From contig JAUMZB010000019.1 in assembly GCA_030528345.1 (NCBI GenBank), positions 5,499-29,212 on the forward strand: a stretch of DNA of 23,714 bases, given 5' to 3'. A program made the translations under genes and the position numbers. The notes beneath the pieces were generated by a model. That model was given only the letters and a program-made list of their open reading frames with translations. It was not told where the DNA came from and did no database searches. This stretch comes from Eikenella sp. (lineage in GTDB: Bacteria > Pseudomonadota > Gammaproteobacteria > Burkholderiales > Neisseriaceae). This document shows positions 16,570-23,349 of this stretch, in pieces. Position 1 is the stretch's first letter. Each line of letters starts with the position of its first letter.

Positions 16570-17634
16570 TTAGCCAATCAGCTGTTTCAACACTTCGGCT
16601 TTGGCTTTTTCATAATCTTCGGCGGAAATCAAACCGCCGTCCAACAGGCTTTTCAACTTGCCCAATTTGGCTTGCGGATCGTCCGCCGCCGGGGCAGGCG
16701 CGGGCGCTTCGGCGGCCGCAGCAGCCGCAGCCGGGGCGGCAGGCGCGGCTTGTGCAGCGGGCTGCGGCGCCTGGCCGAAACCGGCTGCCATCGCACCGGC
16801 CATCGCTTGGCCGATGCCCGCACCCACGCCGACACCGGCGCCAAGGCCGGCCAGGCCGCCTTCGTTCTGCGCCGCCATCGGAATGGCGGTGGCGGTTTGG
16901 TATTGGGTGAACTTGCCCATGTCGCCGATGATGCCCATCGACATTTTGCTGTCCAGCGCCTTCTGCACGTTTTCCGGCAAGGTCACGCTCTCCACGGTAA
17001 AGCTTTCCAGCGTCAAGCCCAGTTTGGCGAATTCGGGCAGCAGCAGTTCGGTCATTTTTTGCGACAGCAGCACTTGGTTGGCCGCCATGTCCAAAAACGG
17101 AATACCGGAAGTGCCGAAAGCGGCGGCCAGCTGGGTCATCGCGATATTGCGCAGCTGCTGCTCCAACTGTTCGCCGCTGTAAGACGACACCACGCCGCTC
17201 ACTTCTTTAAAGAAGGCGGCCGGATCACTGATGCGGTAGGCATACATGCCGAAAGAGCGCAGCTGGATCACGCCGAAATCGCTGTCGCGCACGGTAACCG
17301 GTTGGGTAGTGCCCCAGCGGCGGGCCAGCTGTTGGCGCGTATTGAAGAAATACACGTCCGACTTGAAAGGCGATTGGAACAGCTTGTCCCAGTTTTTCAG
17401 GTTGGTCAGCAGCGGCAGGGTTTGCGTGGTCAGCGTGTGGCGGCCGGGCGCAAACACGTCGGCGGTCACGCCTTCGTCCACAAACATCGCCATCTGCGCT
17501 TCGCGCACCGTGAGGCTGGCGCCGTTTTGGATTTCCTGATCGGCCACCGGAAAACGCCACACCAAAGTGGCCGGATCCGGATCCGGCCACTGGATCACAT
17601 CGATAAACTGCTTCTTGATAAAGTTGCCCAGCAT
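16570..17634 (-). CDS. SPFH/Band-7-like protein with Ala/Pro-rich linker and C-terminal SHOCT domain
   Basis: Track start 17655 is TTG. I prefer ATG 17634 (MLGNFIKKQFIDVIQWPDP...), which has AAGGAA upstream. The N-terminal ~270 aa resemble the Band_7_1/COG4260 group, often auto-annotated as virion core protein-like. The linker is AQAAPAAPAAAAAAAEAPAPAPAA. The C-terminus LKSLLDGGLISAEDYEKAKAEVLKQL is a typical SHOCT motif. Confidence 0.8.
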   Translation of the reverse strand: MLGNFIKKQFIDVIQWPDPDPATLVWRFPVADQEIQNGASLTVREAQMAMFVDEGVTADVFAPGRHTLTTQTLPLLTNLKNWDKLFQSPFKSDVYFFNTRQQLARRWGTTQPVTVRDSDFGVIQLRSFGMYAYRISDPAAFFKEVSGVVSSYSGEQLEQQLRNIAMTQLAAAFGTSGIPFLDMAANQVLLSQKMTELLLPEFAKLGLTLESFTVESVTLPENVQKALDSKMSMGIIGDMGKFTQYQTATAIPMAAQNEGGLAGLGAGVGVGAGIGQAMAGAMAAGFGQAPQPAAQAAPAAPAAAAAAAEAPAPAPAADDPQAKLGKLKSLLDGGLISAEDYEKAKAEVLKQLIG

Positions 17635-17660
17635 CTTCTTTTCCTTTTTTGTCAAACGTG

Positions 17661-17672
17661 TTCAGGTAGCCT
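17661..17672 (-). repeat. DUS 12-mer between the DUF350 and SPFH genes
   Basis: Exact TTCAGGTAGCCT in the 62-nt intergenic spacer (17635-17696). Confidence 0.8.
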
Positions 17673-17696
17673 CAAGTGGCGCCGACGCGCCGAAAC

Positions 17697-18098
17697 TCAA
17701 CCCACCAGGCAAGCCGCATTCAGCAGCCCGACCGACACCGACACCGCCGCACACAAAGTGCCCACCGCCACATTATTGGCGGCCAACTCGCCGGAAGCAT
17801 CCGGCACCAGACGGGTCGCGGCAAAATACACGATGATTTGAATCACTGCCGCGGCCAACCCCCACAGCATGAAATCCAGCAGGTGGATGTTGTTGGCAAT
17901 GCTGGTGGCCAGCGGCAGACAAAAGCCCACCAGCGCCCCGCCGAACGACAGGGCGCAAGCCAGATTGCCCCCCTTAATCAGACGCAATTCGGCCGCCGGC
18001 GTGCAGCGCAGATAGACGGCGGCAAACACCACCACCATCACAATGCCGACGGCCAGATATTGCAGATACAGCACATATTGGCTCAGAGAAATACTCAC
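17697..18098 (-). CDS. DUF350 (YjfL-like) small integral membrane protein
   Basis: Four TM segments, with the family-typical TPAAELRLIKGGNLACALSFGGALVG block. Track start 18113 is TTG. I prefer GTG at 18098, which has GGGAG 6-7 nt upstream. Confidence 0.8.
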   Translation of the reverse strand: MSISLSQYVLYLQYLAVGIVMVVVFAAVYLRCTPAAELRLIKGGNLACALSFGGALVGFCLPLATSIANNIHLLDFMLWGLAAAVIQIIVYFAATRLVPDASGELAANNVAVGTLCAAVSVSVGLLNAACLVG

Positions 18099-18547
18099 AA
18101 TTCGCTCCCACAAAACTCAGTTGCAGATGCGGTTTATTATGCCATATCCGTCTGCCGCCTGCAGAATGTATGCCGCAGGCTGAGACCTTATATATTGCAC
18201 CCCGTTTTCAGGGTCTTGACAAGTTCAAGATTTTGGAAACGGGATTTTTTATTGCCAAGTGAAAGGGGCTGCCCGTGTACCAATACGACAATCAAATTTA
18301 CCCATGCGTAACCTTAGCTTTTCAGGGTTCGCGCATGTGCATCTTCGTATCACTCAGCCAACAGCATAGCGCCTGCGTGGATACCTTCTCTTTCGATGAT
18401 GTCGGTTCTACCGCCAAATTCGCCCAAAACTTCGCCGCAACAAAGCCGAACGCATTGCCCACGATCCGGACGTGCCGTTTTATGACGAGGCCGATTTAAA
18501 CCTGTGCCTGTACCAAGTCGATTTGTTCGCCGCTTGAGGTGTAATCC

Positions 18548-19990
18548 ATGTCTCGCACAAAAAACACCTTACCCGATGCCGCCGAAATCGATGCCGTTAT
18601 TGCCGCATCAAAGTATCTGCCGCCGGCGGACGCGGCAGACAGCCGCCGTGCGGCGGCTGACGCGGCAGCGGCGGCAGATGCCCCCCCTAGGCTAACAGGG
18701 GGGGAGCAAGAAACCCAAAGACCATTAACGGGGGAGCAAATCGACTGGGCCAATATTCAAACCACCGAATATTTTCAAACCTACGTTACCGATTCCAAAG
18801 GCAACTTGCTTGAAATTCCCTTGCGTAAAGGCCGTGAAGACGGTGCGCTCGTTGACTACCTGACCTTCACTTTCTACGAAGATACTATTTTTCACTACCT
18901 GCAAAACCGCTTGGTCGGTAATAACGACTTTATTTCCGCCTGTAGCGAAGCACTCGAAAAAATCTTCGGTTTCGGCATTACCAAAAAAATGCTCGGTAAA
19001 GGCAAGTTCTTCTATCAGGCTTATTACCAGATCGGCCCCGATAACGCGGCATACGGCACGCTGCATCACGGTGGCCAGCGCAATACCGTATTGGTTGATT
19101 TAAATGCCGTCGGCTGCCAAGCCGCTCTGCCCGGTTGGGAAGGCCGTTTATATGAGTTCCTGCAACAGGCCATCAAACCGCGCATTACCCGTTGCGATGT
19201 CGCCCATGACTTTTTTAACGGTGAATACACACCTGATCAGGCTTTGGTCGATCACAAAAAAGGCCGCTACGACAACCATAACGTCACACCCAAAGCCGAA
19301 TGCCGCGGCACCGCCTGGAACATTGAAGACGGCTCCGGCAAAACGCTTGATATCGGCCGCAAAGGCTCGTCCAAGCTCGCGCGGATTTACGAGAAAGGCA
19401 AAAAGTTCGGTGACAAGTCCAGCCCGTGGGTGCGTTTCGAAGTCGAGTTCCGCAAGCATGATTGCGTGATACCGCACGATATTTTGATTAAGCCCGGGCA
19501 GTATCTGACTGGCGCCTTCCCGATCGGCGAAGAACTGTTTCAGGCATCGGCCAACCGTATTGAAACCAAAGCCAATGTGGTGAACCTCACTTTCGAACAG
19601 CGGGAATTTCATGCCCGAAATCAAGTTGGCCGCTTTGTCCGTTTCCTCGTTGATGCCGGCTTTCCTGATTCGGAAATCGTCCGTCGTCTCGTGGCCGATG
19701 AAGGCAAATACCCGAAAGGCTTGGATCCTTCCGAATACAACTGCGATGCAATCAGGGTTCACTATCTGCACCATGACGGTTTTGCGCCCTTCGATTTGGA
19801 CGAATACCGCATGACGATTGAGGAATACATGCCCACCGATGCCGAATGCCATGCACTGTATGAAGAAATCGAAGCCCGCAAACGCCTTCAGCAGGCCTGT
19901 CAAATCGCCGAATCGCTGATACGGAAGCAAGAGTATCCCGCCTATATCCCTGAACCTGAAATCGTCTCTCTAGAAAGGAATCCATCATGA
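18548..19990 (+). CDS. Phage rolling-circle replication initiation protein (Rep_trans / RstA-like)
   Basis: 480 aa; ATG preceded by GAGGTG. Blocks VDYLTFTF, RITRCDVAHDFFNGEY, ARIYEKGKK and WVRFEVEFR match the replication initiation factor family of filamentous phages as I recall it. An Ala-rich N-terminal extension of roughly 70-90 residues precedes this core. Confidence 0.85.
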   Translation: MSRTKNTLPDAAEIDAVIAASKYLPPADAADSRRAAADAAAAADAPPRLTGGEQETQRPLTGEQIDWANIQTTEYFQTYVTDSKGNLLEIPLRKGREDGALVDYLTFTFYEDTIFHYLQNRLVGNNDFISACSEALEKIFGFGITKKMLGKGKFFYQAYYQIGPDNAAYGTLHHGGQRNTVLVDLNAVGCQAALPGWEGRLYEFLQQAIKPRITRCDVAHDFFNGEYTPDQALVDHKKGRYDNHNVTPKAECRGTAWNIEDGSGKTLDIGRKGSSKLARIYEKGKKFGDKSSPWVRFEVEFRKHDCVIPHDILIKPGQYLTGAFPIGEELFQASANRIETKANVVNLTFEQREFHARNQVGRFVRFLVDAGFPDSEIVRRLVADEGKYPKGLDPSEYNCDAIRVHYLHHDGFAPFDLDEYRMTIEEYMPTDAECHALYEEIEARKRLQQACQIAESLIRKQEYPAYIPEPEIVSLERNPS

Positions 19991-20310
19991 ATTTCGACAT
20001 GCTCCAACAGCCCGTATTTGAACGCGCCATCATCATGGGCGTAACCAAGTTTAAAGGCGAAATCGAAGGCAACACTATTGATAGTTGTACCGTCTTCAAA
20101 GCCGCTCCCTTCAATGACGCGACCGGTAACGCCCTCGGCTTGGGTCTGGCCAAAGTCCGTTTCGGCGATAGCAGCAACTTTGACCGCTTCAAAGGTTTGA
20201 GCTTCCCCTGTGAACTCGAAATCCAGCTTGCTCGCGTCACCAACGGCAGCGGTAAAGAAACCGTCGTGATTAAAGACTTCCGTGTGCCGGAAGGACAAAA
20301 GAAAGGCTGA
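19987..20310 (+). CDS. Phage protein in the gV (ssDNA-binding) position
   Basis: 107 aa. Its ATG overlaps the rep stop (ATGA). Size and position after rep match inovirus ssDNA-binding proteins, but I recognise no diagnostic motif. Confidence 0.45.
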   Translation: MNFDMLQQPVFERAIIMGVTKFKGEIEGNTIDSCTVFKAAPFNDATGNALGLGLAKVRFGDSSNFDRFKGLSFPCELEIQLARVTNGSGKETVVIKDFRVPEGQKKG

Positions 20311-20314
20311 CGCC

Positions 20315-20521
20315 ATGCCGAACTTTGAAATTCGCTACATCGTGCAGGATTTGGAAAGCTTCGAATTCCTGTACCCCGATCCCGTTGGCGATATCGGTTT
20401 GACGCCCTATCTCAAACTGGCCGGCAAGTTTGAAACCCGCGATGACGCCTTAATCGCCGGCATGGATGAAATCGGAGAACAGTTCGCCGTCTTCGCCTTC
20501 TGGGAAGCGGTGGAAAGTTAA
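20315..20521 (+). CDS. Small acidic phage protein, function unknown
   Basis: 68 aa from ATG 20315 (MPNFEIRYIVQDLESFEF...) with GAAAGG upstream. The track start at 20282 overlaps the previous gene. Confidence 0.5.
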   Translation: MPNFEIRYIVQDLESFEFLYPDPVGDIGLTPYLKLAGKFETRDDALIAGMDEIGEQFAVFAFWEAVES

Positions 20522-20595
20522 ACGGATTGGGGCTTCGGGCGGCGGCTCCATACCTTTCACACAGCCGCCCGCCAACTTACTTTAGGAGACTGAAA

Positions 20596-20841
20596 ATGTC
20601 TATGTTGCAAAAACTGCGGCGTAAAGCCGCTCCCTTAACCGCTGCTGCTGCGGTAACTGCCCTTCCCGTTGTCGCTTCTGCTGATACCCAGGCAGCGATT
20701 ACCAAAGTCGGTACTGATGTGGCATCAGCCATCAGCATGTTCGTAACCGTCATTTCCGCTATCGGTTTGGCGGGTGTGAGCGTGGTAGTGTTGATTACCG
20801 CCTTCAAGATGGCCTTCAGCTTTGTTAAGGGCATGAAATAA
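20596..20841 (+). CDS. Inovirus major coat protein (g8p-like) precursor
   Basis: 81 aa from ATG 20596 with a strong TAGGAG RBS. Signal peptide MSMLQKLRRKAAPLTAAAAVTALPVVASA with a predicted cleavage before DTQAAI. The mature protein has an acidic/polar N-terminus, a hydrophobic core (VISAIGLAGVSVVVLITAF) and a basic C-terminus (KMAFSFVKGMK). Confidence 0.75.
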   Translation: MSMLQKLRRKAAPLTAAAAVTALPVVASADTQAAITKVGTDVASAISMFVTVISAIGLAGVSVVVLITAFKMAFSFVKGMK

Positions 20842-20856
20842 GCGTAAGGGGGCTTT

Positions 20857-21159
20857 ATGGGTTACAGAATCGGCTATCAGTGCTTTGCTTCGCAAGAGGC
20901 GGCATATGATTTTCTGCTATCCCAGCAGCCCCCTGTTATCACTGCTGACGGCCAGCTTATCCGCCCCGTCAAGCATGGGCAAAATTGGCAGTTGAACGGC
21001 CAGCAAATTGTTTTAAGCCTGCCCGAATGCAGTCCTACCGAACAGATTGCCCACGGTGCGCTTGTGGGTAGCTCTGTGCTGATGGTGGCCGCAGTGGTCT
21101 TGCTGTTTCGTAGCATCTACCGCTTGATTTATGACATGGGTTCTGATGATGGTCGTTGA
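20857..21159 (+). CDS. Phage protein with a C-terminal TM helix (possible minor coat/assembly protein)
   Basis: 100 aa with AAGGGGG upstream of the ATG. TM segment ALVGSSVLMVAAVVLLF near the C-terminus. Confidence 0.5.
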   Translation: MGYRIGYQCFASQEAAYDFLLSQQPPVITADGQLIRPVKHGQNWQLNGQQIVLSLPECSPTEQIAHGALVGSSVLMVAAVVLLFRSIYRLIYDMGSDDGR

Positions 21160-21223
21160 TTTCTGGTTTCTGCTGGGCTTCGGCCTGACTCTAATTGCGA
21201 TCGGCCTGTTCAAGTTTTGGTAG
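21146..21223 (+). CDS. Candidate 25-aa hydrophobic peptide (g7p/g9p-like size class)
   Basis: Hand translation MMVVDFWFLLGFGLTLIAIGLFKFW. It overlaps the 3' end of the previous ORF. Tiny hydrophobic proteins are typical of inovirus virion caps, but there is no other support. Confidence 0.3.
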   Translation: MMVVDFWFLLGFGLTLIAIGLFKFW

Positions 21224-21275
21224 GCATGGTACATTCCTAACGTGATTTAACACCAAATGACGGAAGGAGTGATAA

Positions 21276-21557
21276 ATGTTTATTTCTGAAGAAGAATTGT
21301 ATCGCCTTAAGCAAAACAGTTATATGTACAAAGATTTACCGATGTCGGTAATTTTTTACAGAGAATTGAAAAGAAAAGGTATTTTTAAGGCTAAGAATAT
21401 TCCATTTGCATTATTTCATAATTTTTTTCACCGAATTATTGGTCCTCGTGTTGAAGTAATGTTCCCAGATGGTTCAAGTTTAGCTATCAGTTTCGATTTG
21501 AGGTTGATTCATGCTTTCCATCCGTTGGTTCTTTTTGTTGAAGAGTACGATTATTAG
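21276..21557 (+). CDS. Hypothetical protein encoded in an AT-rich segment of the prophage
   Basis: 93 aa with a strong GGAAGGAG RBS. Composition is much more AT-rich than the rest of the prophage. No family recognised. Confidence 0.5.
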   Translation: MFISEEELYRLKQNSYMYKDLPMSVIFYRELKRKGIFKAKNIPFALFHNFFHRIIGPRVEVMFPDGSSLAISFDLRLIHAFHPLVLFVEEYDY

Positions 21558-22974
21558 TATCTTTCTTTTCCCTTCCTTGGCTTTAGCTGAGGTGGGGACT
21601 TTAGTAATTGATAATAAAACTGGTCGCATTACGAATACTGGCAAATATAATTCTGCTGGTATTCGTACAATAAAATCTATATCGGGTGGTTATATTCATG
21701 AGGTTGACCCGTCTAGGGATATGACTAGACTAAGGGATACGATGAGGGGTATTAGGTCTGCTCCTACTCGCTTGCCGGCAACAGTCTCCCGCACCGCCTC
21801 CCTAGCCAAAGTCGCCCAAAACATCCACGGCAAGTTACGCTACGCCCGCTTTACCCCGCAAGCCCTCGTCGGCTCTTTGATTCTTGGTGAAATTCTCCAG
21901 CAGTTAATCGACAATGGCTACACCTACGACGAATCCACCGGCACAATGGTGCAAGATGGCCGAACAGTTATCTGTATGGTGAGCTATGGGAACTGTGTGG
22001 ATTATGTCAAAAATACTGTATTGGAAAATAAGTACGCCGTTTATGATCGCGTATTAGGTAATCCAACTCAACAGCAGCTTGAGAGATTGTGCAATACTGT
22101 TACTCTTGAAAATATCAACAACTCTTATCCTTTAGCCATATCGAATATCAAATATGAGCGCGGTGAGTGTATGGTTACTGCTGTTTTAACTAAGCGTGTT
22201 GACCATTTACAGGCAGGTCAGGTCATGGGGTTTCGTTTCCGTACCCAAATTCTGCCGGCTCGTTCTGGGACTTTGACTGAAGCCGAATTCCAACGTATTT
22301 TAGAACCCATCGCCGCCCAAAACCCCGAAGCCGTCCTACAAGCCGCTGACTTGTCTGATTCTGACTGGTCTGCGCCCAAAGTCCACGTTCTGCCCGGCAC
22401 CATCGTTAACAGCCAATCCTTCACCGATCCCAAAGACGGCAAAGCCAAACAAGCCCGCTGGGAATTCTACGATTGCGAAGACGGCCAATCCTGCGTGCGC
22501 GAAACCCTCATAGACCGCCCCGACCTCCAACCCAACAGCCCCGCCGCCCCCGCGCCCGACAATCCGCCCGCCAGCGGCACAGACACCGCCCCCGGCAGCG
22601 GTAACAGCACCGGCAACAATACCGGCAGCGGCAACCAGTCGGGAAACGAAGGCGAGCAGGATAAAGATGATCTCTGCCGCAAGTATCCGCACATCATGGC
22701 CTGCGATGAACAGCCGGAAGCGGGCGATTACGATCTGCGAATTCCTCAGGAAACCGTCAATCTCGAATTCCGTCCGGATAACGTATTCGCCACCAACGGG
22801 CAATGTCCCGCACCGGTTCAGTGGCAGTTCAATTTCATGGGCATCAGTAAAACCTTCGGCTTCAGTCTGCAGTATGTCTGCGATATTGGCTCTCGGCTTC
22901 GTCCGATATTGATTGCGTTCGCCTTCTTGGTGGCCGGCTTCTTCTGCATCCGTGTTGTCGTGCGTGATGTTTGA
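21511..22974 (+). CDS. Inovirus adsorption/minor coat protein (g3p-like; TspB-position protein of Nf-type prophages)
   Basis: 487 aa. N-terminal signal peptide (...KSTIISIFLFPSLALA/EV; alternative TTG starts at 21535/21538). Low-complexity linker PAAPAPDNPPASGTDTAPGSGNSTGNNTGSGNQSGNEGEQ. C-terminal membrane anchor ILIAFAFLVAGFFCIRVVV. Position after the coat gene. Confidence 0.7.
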   Translation: MLSIRWFFLLKSTIISIFLFPSLALAEVGTLVIDNKTGRITNTGKYNSAGIRTIKSISGGYIHEVDPSRDMTRLRDTMRGIRSAPTRLPATVSRTASLAKVAQNIHGKLRYARFTPQALVGSLILGEILQQLIDNGYTYDESTGTMVQDGRTVICMVSYGNCVDYVKNTVLENKYAVYDRVLGNPTQQQLERLCNTVTLENINNSYPLAISNIKYERGECMVTAVLTKRVDHLQAGQVMGFRFRTQILPARSGTLTEAEFQRILEPIAAQNPEAVLQAADLSDSDWSAPKVHVLPGTIVNSQSFTDPKDGKAKQARWEFYDCEDGQSCVRETLIDRPDLQPNSPAAPAPDNPPASGTDTAPGSGNSTGNNTGSGNQSGNEGEQDKDDLCRKYPHIMACDEQPEAGDYDLRIPQETVNLEFRPDNVFATNGQCPAPVQWQFNFMGISKTFGFSLQYVCDIGSRLRPILIAFAFLVAGFFCIRVVVRDV

Positions 22975-23125
22975 TGTCTCTGCTGTATCCGCTCTGCTAC
23001 TGCCTGCCATATCCGCCCCTGCCTTGGGCTTGTTCGTGTCTCAGGACGGAGAGGCAGAGGGAGGGGGACGGCAAAGCATCACAAACGTACAAACATCATC
23101 ACAAACGGCAAACTGGTCTGTCTAG
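22967..23125 (+). CDS. Candidate 52-aa protein overlapping the g3p-like stop (possible remnant of a g6p-like gene)
   Basis: ATG at 22967 gives MFDVSAVSALLLPAISAPALGLFVSQDGEAEGGGRQSITNVQTSSQTANWSV: a hydrophobic N-terminus followed by a non-descript tail. Weak evidence. Confidence 0.25.
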   Translation: MFDVSAVSALLLPAISAPALGLFVSQDGEAEGGGRQSITNVQTSSQTANWSV

Positions 23126-23132
23126 CGGAGCG

Positions 23133-23321
23133 TTTTTTTTATCAGTCCGGTTTCGGCTTTCGGTCGGGGGTGCGATTGAGTTAGCGGGGCGGGTTGCCAA
23201 GACAAGGGGGAAGGTTTGTAAAGACGTAGTCTTTATGAATACCCCCTTGTCTTGGCAACACGGCCTGCTTCAATCGCGCTTACCCCCGTCCGAAAAAGCC
23301 GGAAACGGACTGATAAAAAAA
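23133..23321. repeat. 189-bp imperfect palindrome (long hairpin) flanked by T8 / A7 runs
   Basis: The outer ~16 bp (TTTTTTTATCAGTCCG / CGGACTGATAAAAAAA) and the inner 17 bp (TTGCCAAGACAAGGGGG 23194-23210 / CCCCCTTGTCTTGGCAA 23242-23258) pair perfectly. The interior arms pair with a few indels. The apical loop holds a further 7-bp stem (TAAAGAC-gta-GTCTTTA, 23219-23235). Confidence 0.8.
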
Positions 23322-23349
23322 GTAGCGAAGCGGGTCGCTTCGGAAACGC

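Larger units (their letters stand above)
18200..23330 (+). mobile_element. Filamentous (Inovirus) prophage module, Neisseria Nf/MDA-like gene order, apparently incomplete; boundaries approximate
   Basis: Co-directional, tightly packed genes: rolling-circle Rep, ~100-aa gV-position protein, small proteins, ~80-aa signal-peptide coat protein, and a large signal-peptide/Gly-Ser-linker/C-terminal-anchor protein. G+C is visibly lower than the flanks and I found no DUS by eye. No Zot/pI-like P-loop protein or integrase/transposase lies between 22974 and the window end. Confidence 0.8.

Noticed and set aside
18216-18221. TTGACA hexamer as a phage early promoter
   Set aside because: No acceptable -10 hexamer lies 16-19 nt downstream, so the single -35-like match could be chance.
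18275-18499. 74-aa ORF upstream of rep, and minus-strand ORF 18496..18753
   Set aside because: The 74-aa frame is Cys-rich and non-protein-like for most of its length, with no RBS; only its middle section feeds the frameshift hypothesis reported separately. The minus-strand ORF is antisense to the rep N-terminus and Ala/Ser-rich.
18600-18730. GC-rich Ala-rich stretch with LTGGEQ/LTGEQ duplication at the rep N-terminus as a separate feature
   Set aside because: It is in frame with rep and contiguous with the Rep_trans core. It is most simply a low-complexity N-terminal extension, with no independent evidence of function.
23133-23321. Correia-type element (Neisseria MITE) identity for the palindrome, and for 14160-14311
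   Set aside because: Neither terminus resembles the Correia inverted repeat as I remember it (TATAGTGGATTAA...). The 189-bp structure is palindromic along its whole length rather than only at its ends.
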